From positions 62,001-126,000 of the forward strand of contig JAPEUD010000057.1 in the NCBI GenBank assembly GCA_026026165.1: a stretch of DNA of 64,000 nt, given 5' to 3'. Origin of the DNA: Sarea resinae. Its lineage: Eukaryota. The stretch's first letter is position 1. The number at the start of each line of letters is the position of its first letter. This document shows positions 38,801 through 52,217 of the stretch, one piece after another. The translations under genes and the position numbers were made by a program. Below the pieces are notes generated by a model. It saw only the letters and a program-made list of their open reading frames with translations. It did not search any database and was not told the DNA's origin.

Positions 38801-39590
38801 CTTGTTCGTCTCTAATTCCCTAACACTTAACACATTATCCAGCAGCTAAGACAGAGACGAATAGGTGTACTACGATAATAGAGGGGTCTAGCTGACTGTC
38901 ACACACAATTCTCTCAAATTCACAGGCTGTATACCCTATACAGAGACAATGCTAGCATATTTACAGTGAATGTCAGACTACAAGGAGGAAGAGGTGACGT
39001 AACTCTACCTATTTGATTCATTCCCTCACTTTGCTTTCAGGCAACTCAAGGCATTAGCACCGAAGAAACAATCGTTGACACTCCCCTCCTTATACTCTAA
39101 TCTACCCTGCCAGCTGGTCTAGGCCAAGGTAAGTCGTCGATTTGCCTATCACTTTCAGACTGGCACTCGCTCGCTCGCGTTGATTCGAAGATGATCTTGA
39201 ATAGTTTTGTCTCTTTGATATTATCTGGAAACAATCTTTCTTTGACAACTACAAGCAAGCAAGAGAGTTCTACTGTTTGACTAAAAATTTGACGAAGGAG
39301 CTCTACCTGGCTGCTATAATTGTTTGTTCAACAACCACCGGGGCGAATAATTCATACCTGTTAGATACATTTGATCCCTTTGCGGCGTTTCTAGACGAGT
39401 CGGCCCACGCCCACGACGATCAGGCCCTAACGCTTTGTCTGGGTTCTGAGAATCCGATTGCTTGTATTTGCTGGCGACCCGCGACAACTTCCACCTTTTC
39501 TTTTCAACGAAGGTGCCTGTCATGGCAATTTCGAGGGCGCGAGATCTATCCACGAACGCCTTGAGACACGAGGGTTCGTTTGCGATGAGA
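35855..39590 (+). pseudogene. Decayed Upf1/DNA2/NAM7-like SF1B helicase, copy B (N-terminal AAA_11 part)
   Basis: Q-motif WNPEQIEAI (36565) in frame, through three stops, with degenerate Walker A MAGPSRTGET (36628) and motif Ia TTPSHAVADAI; IIVCST..FLDESAH Walker B (39394); frameshifted GDPRQLPP (39473) and SIHERL (39545). Confidence 0.8.
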
Positions 39591-42500
39591 TTTATCCTTG
39601 GCGATCCGGAAACTAACATTGCCCCCAATAGTCTCCACCGAGTCCCGGACGGCGTCTTTATCCAGCTCGCGGCGAGTATCAAGAGTCATCTCCTGGTCAT
39701 GTTAGAGTTTGCCGAGCAGATCGGTCGGATCACGGCCAAGCTATCCCAGGGTACATTAAAGAACATCGAGTCTCTGCCGATTGAGCAAGCCAATGCTCTC
39801 AAGATGGTCGATATCTCGCTCCTGTCTCTTGTGACGCCAAGGGCGGCTCGGCATGCAACACCGCAACGGAAGTCGGCCTCCCCCAACCCATTATCCTCTA
39901 CAGCGAGCCTCCTAGGGAAAGACGAATGGGTAATTTTCGAGGTTCCGCGCCGAGGCAAGCGGGAGTCAGCCAAACAGAATCTGGTCACAGTCGTGATACA
40001 ATCAAGAAAACCATGGAAGCGGAGATAGTGAGTCTCCTCGAGGATGAACAGCTCGACGACGTTGCGACGATTCTGACTCCCTCACCACCATCTCGGCTGG
40101 CGCAGCCAGTATCATGTCCGTGAGGCACTGGAAGAATCGCAGCATTATTCACGGAAGAGATAAGATGCGGCGCGGGCATACACAGTCGCGCCTACAGAAG
40201 AGAACTCTTGGCGCTTTCAGCTCTATTGACTCTCCACAGCCTGTCTCCAGTCTGAAAACAAAGCAGACTCTCATGCCTATTCTTACTGTCGCAGACGTAG
40301 CGACAAGACTTTGGCCTTGTTGTTCTCCCTGAGAGAGAGCCGGACTTGTCGCTGTTCGCGAGCTTAAAGCAAATTAGATCAAGATCAAGATACTTGAAGA
40401 TTGGGGCAGCTTTTAAGACGCGACCAGCTTTTGGTCTAGAGCAACGAGCACGCTAGGCCATCGACTTGGCGTTTGACCTGCTAGTAGCGGTTGGAAGACT
40501 AGCTCATCCCAGAATATACATGGCCGCGGATCCAACGACGAACCTTGTGGCAATTTGGCAGCAAAGGTGCAAAGACATGCGCAAAAAGGAATTTCAGGCA
40601 AGTCCGCTCAAGTCCTTGGTTGAAGGCGTCAAGCAATGCATCGCCTTCAATGGCGGCAAGCAGAAGTGGGAAGATTCCCGCGACATAAAATGCGGCAAAC
40701 TGAGAACCACGTATTCGGTATTAGCTAAGGAGCTTAATTGCTCTAGTAGGACCTATTATACACATCTATTGAGTCCTAACAAAGACTTGAGAATGTTAAG
40801 CTACTCGGTATCCCAGTCTTACACGGAGCACACACCAGCACACAAGATATATGTGCAAAGGCTTCTCCTATAACAAAGGATGTTGTGTTTACTCTTATAA
40901 CAAGTGCGGCCTTAAGATCTATTAGAATTAAGTTCCTAACAAGGAAAACACTTGTTTTGCCAGCGCCTATGAGAGCGTTTCAATACCTATAAGCTATGCT
41001 AAGCATTCTTAGAACAAGAGAAGAGACTAGTTTATCTAATAAAAGGTGTACCCTTCCTCTCCTCTCTTTTCTCGGATTTGCAGCACTATACTACGTCTCT
41101 CGCATTCTATCCTCACGTCCGCAACCTCACCTCTCATCTTTCTGCCTCATATTCTCTCCTGGAACGCCTCCAGTACGAGGCAACCCAAATACGCGACCTG
41201 ACATAGCAAGTTGACGCTAGAACAGAAGACATCGACGTTCTAAAGGAAGCCTGAACTATTCCCTCACATCACTTTCAACGGTTAAAGCAGGATGGCGAGG
41301 CATTAGATACCCCTCAGCGTGTCCGCGCCCCTGACTTTGCCGGAGTGTCGCCAATCGGTATCATTTTCACGGCCAGGTTTTCCCTGGCGACAGGCCTCTC
41401 TGCTGAGGTGATGGCTATCACAAAGGGCGTTGAAGACCCTTTACAGAGATTGAGAGGAAGATCAAAGTGCTTGTCCGCGTCATCCGACGTCAGTCGAAGC
41501 TTCAGGAGACCGTGGCTATAGACAACAAAAGTACCAGCAAATTGAAAATCGAAAGATAACCGGCTTCCCCGAGAAAGATGACAAATAAGTCTAGCACAGG
41601 TGAGAAGGTCGAAGAAATATGTGACTCTAAGTAAAGATGTCGAGCAGGATTTGCTCACGTCATATTGCCTCTCGTAGCAGAGTCTTACTAGTAAGTAGAG
41701 CCAGCTTCGAAGATAGAGAGGGCAAGACAGCTCTCAGAAGGGAAGTATGAAGATTATTATAAGGGGCGGGAAAGAAGTGGCCACTGGGGAGCAAAAACAA
41801 CCTGACCCGAATCGCGATACTGGCCAACAGAGAGGAAAATAGGCGCTGTGGTGTGGGCAGTCAAGAGAGTCGTGACACAAGTTGAGCCGGCTCAGAAGTC
41901 GATCACTGTTACGGACCACAAAGACTCCTCTACCGAAGTACACGTAAGACTTTATAGGTAGGAGAGTATGTTCCTCAGCAGGCGCGCTAGGCCATACTCG
42001 ATGATAGATGCGCGCGAGAGAATTAAGAAGACAAGATAGGGGAAGTAATTAATACTGAGAACCAAATAGATAGAACACACAGTCAGTGTTTAAGGCATTT
42101 AATCGACGATAACAATCGCATGCACATAACCAGACGCCGACATACTCGCAAGGTAGATCTAGGAAGATATTCCTTAGCCACTATAATATATACAAGCATA
42201 ACCTCTATCCTCTTAGTACTGAGAGTCAGAGCTAAGTGTCTCTACTATGACTAAAACAGTATTGTTTGAAGAGGGCTACATGGTCTTATGAAAGGGTATA
42301 AGCTTAGCTTAGCTTTAACAATTTATAGAAATAACTGGTATAAGACAGTCGTCAAAGGGGCTAACTGCCTAAGTCTCTAGAGGAGTCGATTAGTCGCCAC
42401 GGGACATTATATGGCTAGTCTATTATAGCTATACCTTAACTATTGTAACTTGGAATTAAGAAAGAGCTTTGCAAGGAAAACCTGTTCTATATTAGAGGAG

Positions 42501-43457
42501 AAAACCTTCGCAGTATAGATTCGATGTACCCTTTACAGATATTGTATCAAACAAGTGCAAAGAGAGGGTGACCGTTCATTCTTTCCGACATGAGAGACAT
42601 AGAATCACATGGTGGAAAACAACACCATGTGGGATTGGCACAGCGGGTCGACCAAATCAGGGGCAGACAGATTCTCATACAGCTTTTTCCGGTGCCACTC
42701 TCTGGCGAGGACCCCAGAATGGCCGCAGGTAGATAGTGGATAGGCAATTTCGGAAAGATATAGAGCGGGGGAGCAGAGAAAGTAAGGAGCTAAGTGAGAG
42801 ACGTTGTATTGGAAAGGGGCTGAACATGCTAGCAAAATCAAAACCATGGAACGAACGTTACTCGGAGGTAGGAACAGCAACAATGCCATCACAGTCCTTT
42901 CTTAACACGCCGTCAATAAAGATCGACTAGGTAAAGAATGATTCGGTGGACGTGTTAAGCTAAATTCACATTCATAACGGAAAGAGGTTGAACGCAGACT
43001 ACAAGAGTGCCACACAGAGCTCAATAGAACATCTTCTAACACACACAGATCAGTAAACAGATCATATCGTTCTATTGAACAGTGAAACAGGACCAAGTTA
43101 ATGGTCAAGGTCGCCGTGTTATGACCGAAAAGGGAAAGCAAACAGCTACTTCACCAAGATATCAATGAGTATAACGTCACTTCAGGATTGTGTTAACACA
43201 GACTGTAATATATATAGAGGCTGGACCTCGCACTCCTCTTTTGTTTCTTCTTTCTCCTCTTTTTTCTTCTTCATCGTCTTGGACTTGAGAAGCTTCGTTC
43301 CAGATTTTGCAAACCTTCATAAAGTCCTTTTTTCAAGATCTTAGACACCGTCTGCAACTGGTCGACCTCATTCTCCTCTTTCGTCTTCGACACATAGTGT
43401 CTACTTACTTTCTCCCTTTACCTTGTTCGTTGTTACCGAGGTCTCACCCGAGTCAAA

Positions 43458-45875
43458 ATGGGTGAACAGATCATAAAGAAGGTCATCAATAAGGCCGCAA
43501 AAGCCAAGGCCATGGTCAAGCTGCTCGCAAGCTCTACGAAACGCAAGGTAATAAGCCTTCTCCGAAAATTCATGGACACATACTGATGGACCGCAGACTA
43601 GTCTCTCCCGAGTGTTTCGAACCGCCACTATCATCAAATCATACAGCCGCCGCCAGCCAGCACCACAAGGCCGGACCAATGACCTACCACCAGAGCAAGA
43701 GACAGGTGATGGGGCACCCAGAGCTTCAAGACAAGCGACACCTCAGTCCGAGGACCATGCTTGGTGGATCGGAAACGCTGCCACCCCTGTTGATGGAAAC
43801 AACCGTAATCAAGTCGGGGAAGGTGAAGTGAGTGTCACCCCGTACAATGATTACTTTGGTACAGAAGCTTATTATTGATCTAGGTGATTGCTGACGACAA
43901 CACAACTGACGAGATTGCATCGCTATACGACAACGTTGTCTCCTTGATCGAGCAGGTAGATGATTCACCAGTGAATCAAAATGCCACAACGCCTGTCAAC
44001 CGACGACTACGCCCTCGGTCCCAGAGCCCAACCAAGCGCGGCAGAGACGTTGAGCAAGCCGCAGGGTCTGGATCAAGCCATAAACCCCAGACCAGCCAAG
44101 GAGAGGCGCCTATCGAACAACGATGGACTTCTGGAACTGAGACAGTTGTCGTATCCGGAGAGTCGAGTGAACAAGGCCAAACCCCTGATAAGGGTAAGGC
44201 AGTTGCTTCAGCATCCGAAGAGGAAGAATCTATGCCCTTCGCAGTCCACGAATCGATCTTAGCGGACCTCCACGACGAACACAATGAAGTAGTCCTCGGG
44301 CTACAAGAAACAATCGACTCCCTTCAAGGCAAGATGAGGTTGTTGCAGAAGAAGGTCAAAGACAATGTCATGACGACAAGAGCCCACAAAGAGGCTATTC
44401 AGTCAAAGGAAGAAGCAATCGAAGCAACTATGAAGCAAGTAGAGGGCTTGACTCGGGCACTTTGTTCATCGGAGGAGTTGTATTCTGAAAAGATCAACAC
44501 CCTTGAGGCCGCCGAGAAGGAAACACAAAACCAAGTCACGCAGCTGGTCAAGGATAGACAAGAGTTGATGGACATGGTTGACGCACAGTCAGCCTTACTC
44601 AACACACTGCACGCCCGGAACCAGAACAAGGACGAGACTCTGGCAGGGATCAAACTGGCCAATAAGGCTTACGCAGATACCATTGATGTTCTTCGCATCG
44701 AGAAGAACGAGATTGCAAACTTGTTCCAGGACCAATTTGAAAACACAAAGGCTCTCCAGAAGCAATTGCAACAGACCGTGGAGACAAATCAATGGAAGGA
44801 CGGATTGGTGAACCAGTTCAACGAGCAGTGCGAAGGGGCAAATAAGAAGGCAAAGGATGCGGAGAAGGTGACTGTCTACGCCCAGACAGAGAACCAACGC
44901 CTTCTCAAGAAGAACAACGACTTGGTCGACGAGTTGGCAAAAGAGGAGAAATTCAACATAGACAAGCAAGTCGAAATCACCAGCTTAAATTGCAAGCTCC
45001 TGGCAACAACAGCAGAGCGCGATCTTCTCCGGTCCGGCCGTCACTGCTTGCGCGAAAACATGGCCGACATCATCGAGCTCTGGGCAGATGTCGACCGCGA
45101 CGATGAAATGCGTGTCAAATTCACCGAGAGCACGCAGGAATTCTTCCGCGACAATAAGCTGCTCACCAGCCACATTATCCGCCTACAAACCGACATCGAG
45201 GACCTCAAGTCCGAAGTCGAAACGCTCGAGGCCGCAAATGCAAAACAGCAGCCTGCCATCGACAGCGCCGTGGCCAAACACGGCGAGCTCCTAGCCGCGC
45301 ACAAGAAAGTCGAAGACGACAACGTGGCAGCGCACATGGAATTGCACGACGATAAACGCTGGATTGGCTGCTTGCAACGCGTGATAGTACAGTACGTGCC
45401 CGGCGGCATGAAGATAGCAGGGGACTACTACGACAAGCAGGTCGAGGATGGGAGAACGATGTTTTTCCGCAAAAATTTCACGTCCAGCAAGGTGGAAGAG
45501 GCGCACCGATATTACGATGAGTTGGAGCACCAGACCTGTCGGTTCGGCATGGTGTGTGATAGTCAGAACGGCGAGACCAATGGCGATGGCAAGCCCCAGA
45601 TCCAAAATGGCACCGACGGGGAGATGAAGGACGGAAACAACTCTTCTGGTTCCAGCAGTGAGGGGTACGAGGCGCTGTCTCCGGGCGCTTATCCTTTGCC
45701 TTTGGCGCCGAGGCTGAGGGAGGCTGTCATTGCTGCTCCTACTCCCGTGCCGCAAACGTTGCTCCATCAACCCATTACTCTTCCTCCACCAATTCTTCAA
45801 CGCACCATCTCATCTCCACAGTCTCCTCAAACGGCTATCCACCAAATCAACAACGAATCCCATGACCAAACTTGA
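43458..45875 (+). CDS. Unrecognised long coiled-coil protein (~770 aa)
   Basis: Phase-0 introns 43548-43596 and 43828-43883 join MGEQIIKKV.. to the 663-codon ORF; long E/K/Q/L heptad-like middle, disordered ends; pyrimidine-rich leader upstream. Confidence 0.8.
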
Positions 45876-46448
45876 AATCAAGGCCAAGGGCGACAACTTA
45901 AGCCTGAAACGGCAGATAATATCGAGGGGTCAGCGTCTTTGAATATCTCGCCCGAGTACATGGGTTACTGGGTTTGAGGTGGAATAGCGCGGACGGACCG
46001 GAACACGGAGTACGTGTGTAGTTCTTGTGGGCTGATGAAGGATTGGGAGACATAGAGAGTGAAAGGGAGAAGGAGGGTGGGGGAAGGAGGAGAGTGGACC
46101 GAAGGCTGGGGATGAGGATAGACAGATGGATGCTGCTGATGGGGGGGAAATCTGATCCGCGACGGCAATGAGAGCATCAATAATAGCAATAACATGGAAG
46201 CTGCTGGCTGTGGGGAAGTGTGAAATTGAAAAGGGGTAATGAGGTCCGCTATGGCTTTGATAAAGTAGCTATAGGAATCTTTCTATGTACATAATCAATG
46301 AGGGACCAATGGAAGCGTGATTTCAGTAGCAGAGACACAGTCACTAGAAAGCTCGCATTGGCATGACAATGCTTACATAGAGCAAGCAATCGCCATGACC
46401 AGTCTGCTTTTGTATTAGAAGTGATTCTTCCGTAAATAGTCCCCCTTC

Positions 46449-48190
46449 CTAGGCTCGCCCTTTACTTCTAACCGCCGCAAACTTGGACGCTGTCGCTGGA
46501 AATGTCTTAGAGCTTGAGGATTGATCTACCGAGGAGACACAGAAAGACCTCGGTGTCTGTTCGCCGAAAAAAGTAGTCCTGAAACCTTTCTCCACTGGCC
46601 TTGATTGTCTTCGGGCGGATCGACGGGTACGCAATGGTCATGCGGTTGATAGGGATGTGGCGATAGCTTTGGTGGTTGTTTTCCATTGGTTCTCATGGTT
46701 GACGGTTGAGCACGGAGCAATAGGGGGCCTGTGGTGGAAGTTCGGGCGGGAGCAGGTAGATAGCGTGTAGTGTGTAGGTAGCGTTTGAGGTCAAAATCCT
46801 TGTACGGGTAAACAATATTAATCTAGGAAGGATCTCGCTGATGCAGATTCGGGGGTGGACGAAGCGGATCTCGTAGGTATGATGAGATTCGTGTGAAGTT
46901 GGCCACACCTATCTCTATACAAGTCGAGGCAGGGGTCAGCAGCGCTAATAGTGTATCAACGGATTGTTGACGTGCCTCTTTAATGCAGAATAAGCTGGCA
47001 GGTCGAGGAATTTACAATGCTGGTATGTTGTTGATATGTATGTCTTGTGGTGCCTGATCATCTTATCCCACTTTGTAGCAAGTGTATGTGACTGTGTCGT
47101 CGAGGGGTAGAATGCTGTATGTGTGCTGTACGCAGATCTCGACCAACGACTAGTATCAAAGAGATTCTCGAGGATGAAGGGCAAATCTGCTGCACCGCCT
47201 CATATATCACAGCTCGTAGCTGCAACACCCTACTTGAGTGAGTGTTTGTGGGTTTTCTTCTCTGACGTGGCCCTTGTCCAGAATTTGCCGAACAGCGTCC
47301 TATCCATCGTTTGGTTTCATACGGCGTATACCCGTATTGAGAGCACTACAAACGCCATCTGGGAAAGGTTCAGCCCCGTTGATTAGCAGACGACTAACAG
47401 CATCAATCCGAACTTGCCCTAGTGGTTTGAAGGGTGATTCGAGTGATTCCTCAGAGGCCCCATACAAGTCTTTCAACGCGGGTGACAGAGCTGCATTCGG
47501 CCCCCAAGAGCAGAGGTGGCCAAGGATAGAATCTGGTGTTGCCAGCATTCTATCCAGAGCTTGCACCTGTGCCGCGCTGGAAGCTTCATGTCCCCGCAGC
47601 CATGCAAAGGTGTTCTGGACACCTGGTTGCTTTACTAAGATTTGGCATGCGTAAAGCATGCAATCTTGGCTTCGTGTAGGCCTTGGATATCCTCAATTGA
47701 TCAAATATTGATGGCCCTGATGGACCCGGACCCGCAGATAGTCAATCAGATCGTTGGAATAACCAGTTTTACTATATAGCCATTGCTTAAGGAAATCCAT
47801 ACTAAAAGTTAGCGAATTCGCCTCGGGGGAAATGGAGAGCCCATCTACCCGTCATGTTATCCCCTATCATAGTGATAATAAATATCGTATATAGCCATCT
47901 CAGTGCGAGAGGATTAATTAAGTAATCGTATATAAACCGTACGCGTTGCTAATAGCAATTTGGTTAGGATAGACCGACGGGAAGCGCTTGCGGTGTATAT
48001 AACCTCCCTGAAGGTTTGGCAAGGACGAAGAAAAAAAGATTAGGAGCGACAGATGGCAGGCTAACACTGGTTAGTGTTTGCGTGATTTCATCTGCATGTA
48101 TGATATGTACGTGACGCAGCAGGAGGCCGCTGCAAGAGCCCGTCCATTGAAGTTCCCGTCTCGCTCCCATTGCGTTCTCATCATCTGCAA
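46449..48190 (-). pseudogene. Possible decayed gene (weak resemblance to fungal BTB/POZ proteins)
   Basis: Protein-like frame DFLKQWLYSK..*..MLYACQILVKQPGVQN..KDLYGASEESLESPFKPL..*DAVRQIL broken by stops; family call is weak. Confidence 0.3.
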
Positions 48191-48872
48191 CAGGTTAGAC
48201 AATCATGAAATCAAAAGAGCTCACAAGCAAACACATTGAAACGAAAGAACATTGAAATGATCGTAGAAGTTGTAAACCTCAAGAGACGTCGCAGAGATGT
48301 GCAGCATGAGAGCAAACAAACAGATGGGAAAGAAAGGATGCAACTGTCGAGCGCGGAGCAACGTATCTTGCGGAGTGGCTAACTTGCCTACGCGTCGATC
48401 CCTTCGAGACGGAAATGAATATGTGAAGCTCAAAGGACAAATGAAAAGGAGAGGTCAAAGGCCATACCTGAGCTGATAATGGTTTTCATTCGACGTCTTC
48501 TCCCGTCTGTAGGTTATCGGCGGGGAGGCTATTTATCAAAGAACCAGATAATCACTAGTGTAGCAAACAGAGAGAAAGGCAAGTATCACGAATTATTGCA
48601 GCCGCACACAAGGTCGAACGAGGGCGGAGAATATCGAGCGAAACGGAGTACCTAGATGAGCTAACTACAAGCCTAAAAAGCGTGATAGAATCGACCACCC
48701 AAATGAGCGCGCCGGATGCGTTGATACTATGCACTCCTTTACAGAACAATCATGCGATAGGTGTAAGGCAGCGGGCCTCAAAACATCTAAACTTTAAGCT
48801 GGATGCATACCAGACCCAATCAACAGAAAGGGAAGGATACTAGTGCAAAAGCAAAGCGATCCGGCTCACCCA

Positions 48873-50486
48873 CTACCAAAGCTTCCATGACTCCCTACCT
48901 TTCACAGTCCGCTTGGAGGCACTGGAGGTCGACCGCCAGACGCTCAAACGGTTTGGTCCACCACAGAACTCGAAGTTGTCTCCGGCGCAGATCATGTCAC
49001 ATCCAGTCTGGCCAACCACGCCCCCATTTTCAAACGAGTTACCACAGTAGCCTTGATTATGTCAGTGCGGCTCTCGAGCAGGGGGGCTTTTACGTACACT
49101 CTTCTCCAAACTCTGTCCCCGCCAATTGATACCCTTTGGAAGAGCAAAAGTTCTGGCACGCTTCGGTTGTCATGTTTGGAGAATCAAGAGTAGCGCCGTT
49201 CAATGTCCTCGGGTTTGTCTCATCCGCACAGCCCACATACGTCCATCCGTTGACGATTTGATTGACCGAAGGAAGAAGTGTGGTTGTTGCGGTGATGGAT
49301 GTCGTCGGGCTTCCATTCATAGATGGTTCGACGGTATCAGCTGGACAAACCACATCTCCTACCATGGCATCCTCAGGACCCGAAGTGATGGTGATGCAAC
49401 CAGGAAGTTTTGAGATCATTCCGACTGTCGGCTCATTGATGATTTGATGTCTTGCAGGGCAATTCCACGAGAACTCGTCAGGGTCGTCCGTCACATTCAA
49501 AGGTGCACACTGTCCGATGACTCCCGTCGGGTTTCCAAACGCACACTCATCAATGGCAGCAGACAATGTGTCGATATCCCAACCATTCAAAAAGTCACCG
49601 TGGAATCCATAGCCCGTAGAATCACCGTTGGAAAAAACGTAGCGTCCACCATCCTGAGTCACACTGTCCATGGAATACAGCACCTCGTAGAAGATGTGAA
49701 CGAGCTTGACAGGATGTGTTGGTGGGCATACGCCATTGTCAATTGCTGATAGGTACGCAACATGGCTGTTATCCGACAGATACAGATCGTGGCCATTCCA
49801 GCAGGACTGGAAATGAATCTGAGCTCGAAGACCATCAGGACAGTCGGTTATAGACATGTAAGGCTAGAGAGGTCAATAGTTATTCACTTGATATCACGTG
49901 AACGCTTACCTCTTCTGGATGAGGATTGGAGTAGTCCAAGCACGCAAAACTGACGCGATTCGCTACAGGTTGTCCATTCAGGTATGTCAAGGTAGAATTG
50001 TCGTAAGATCTGGAGAGCATATTCCCAGACAACATACGGAACCCAGGAGGAAAAGGCTGAAGATCGGTTTCATTGTTGTCACGACCCAAGTAGTAAACGG
50101 CCATCCCACCATTTGCGACTGTTTCGAAAGACCCGTTTGAGTGTTCATAGTATAGCTGCGGTGTCCAGTATGCTGACTTGTCTGCCTGAACCTCGCAAGA
50201 AGTACACTCAGATTTGATAAGATCATCATACGTCGAGCTGATGTTGATGTCTAGTCAAATTAGTCGGAATTTGATGGTGATTCATTGGAACATGAAGTGA
50301 GGAGTTCGGGGACTTACTCGACGCGCCAACAATCTTGTGGGCGTGCGAAGAGATGTCACCCGGAGACACAACGGGATCGATGCGTCCTGTCTGGATGAGC
50401 CCACAACTCATTCGCCAATAAGCTGTGGCTATGCCATTGAAGGTAATGGTAGCCAAAAGCAGATGGATAGAGAACTTGAATAGCAT
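48873..50486 (-). CDS. Secreted DUF1996 + WSC domain protein
   Basis: Signal peptide; GRIDPVVSPG..SSHAH..VG, PFPPGFRMLSG, CPDGLRAQIHFQSCWNG, GDSTGYGFHGDFLNGWD; WSC WTYVGC..MTTEACQNFC..GTEFGEEC|YCGN..CGGPNRLSVW; three introns. Confidence 0.92.
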
Positions 50487-52217
50487 CGTGTCGTAATGAT
50501 CGGTCCGCTGGACTAGTTTAATTCAGATGCGAGTGAGGTGCGTGCGAGATGATGAAGAAAGAAAGCAGTCATGGCATTCATCCCCTTATATAGCTGTCGG
50601 TAGCCCGTGATCCAGGCGAGGCCCTCAACTTCCGGCTAACAGAAATTCACCGGCTTGTTCTGCATAACAGCAAGCCCAACAAGGATGAATAGCGGATGAG
50701 ATCTCATCCGGCTGGACAAACAACATCAACTATGAAGGTGGACATCACAAGACGGAAAGATTACATTTAGTTTCCTCGGAGAGGCGCTTGGATGAGGGCT
50801 ACCACGAAGAAATGAGAAGCCACTATGAAGCCAAGTTCATAGGGATGATCATGATGCTCTGCAGAAGATGTGATATGTATAAAATAGAGACAGGTCTGGG
50901 GAATCATACAGCTAAGGGAGAGCGCCGACTGAAACAGAGACAAGTTCTAGGCCTTTACTACTGAGGAAAATTTTCGGATGATGAAGATTGGAGAGATCAT
51001 CGCGAACTGCAAGGGCGACCTGGACCGCCGCATCCCTGCACATCTAGATGCCGTGGCCTCGGACGCGTCTGGGCGCATCGAACAGCTGAGCAGCTGACGG
51101 AAGAAAACACTTTGAAGCCACTGGGAGTGAAGCATACGCGAGAACGACCGGTCTATTGCTTGAATGGGTAGAGATATCCTCGTGGTATTGATAAACGTTG
51201 GATTTCTCCTTGATGGCAAACGCCAGTGTTCGAACGCTTTTCGATTATGATGCCTCAAACGAGAAGGTGGAGATGCCTCGGGGACTCGGGAACCCTAGAT
51301 TTTGCTGCAAGGGGCTGTACCTGCTTCGTAGGGTGAGACAGTCAGAAGCCTTTGCCGATGCAACAAACATCCACATTCTTCGACCTAGGCATTCGAAATT
51401 TTCAAAGACGACAAGCGGAAGATCGAAGGGCAACCGCTGATGTAAGAAAGGCAAGATGAAGCAGATTGCCGCCAGTCATTCTCTGTTGACGAGCTCATGG
51501 CCTTGGAACAATGACTCGACTCGATGAATATAACACTCTACCGCTCCGTGCGGGATGAGCTTGACCCGACCTCCCCTCGTTGATAGACATGAACATATAT
51601 CAAACAGACCGTGACGGACGGAGAAAGATGAAGATAGGCTGCTCTAACCATGCACGTCGATCCATCTACGGTAGCTCATCCGAAACCCTAGCTCGGCCGA
51701 GACCGAGGCTGTAATCGCGTGTGGAGAAGAGAGACAGTGTTCCAGCCCGGACTCCATGTCTCGACGAGAGATGACGCATGGCGCTGCTTCTGATCGGACT
51801 GCTCCCGTCGAGGTTGGTGGCTTGTCGTCGTGGTATTGCGGCACATCAACAGCATCAACAGCATCATCGTGGTCGGCGGAGGATCCATCTTATCTTATCT
51901 TATCACATGCAGATCTCGTGCCCGACTTCATGGACGTCACTATCAAACTGACATTACACGACGGCCAAGGCCAAGGCCACCGCCACCGCCAACTCGAGGC
52001 ATCCATGGCCAGAAGGTGAGAAGGCGAGAAGCATCATGTAAACTCGCATCACACCGCCCACCACCTGACCTTCTGCTTGCTCCCCGCACAGATCTGTACG
52101 ACTTCAGCAGAGCCATCTCGAACATGAATCGTTGGCACCAGCAGCATCTTCAGCATCCTCAGCATCTTCATCATTTTCATCATCATCATCAACCTAAACC
52201 TTCTCGCCCTTTTCAAC

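Larger units (their letters stand above)
26350..43150. other. Gene-poor, RIP-like degenerate island
   Basis: No convincing intact gene over ~17 kb; patchy excess of TAG/CTA/TATA words by eye (e.g. 30500-30660, 33650-34250, 36870-37050, 42100-42550); reading-frame remnants broken by stops. Borders approximate. Confidence 0.75.

Noticed and set aside
25960..43220. LTRs, terminal inverted repeats or a Starship captain at the island borders
   Set aside because: No matching termini or tyrosine-recombinase motifs could be seen by eye.
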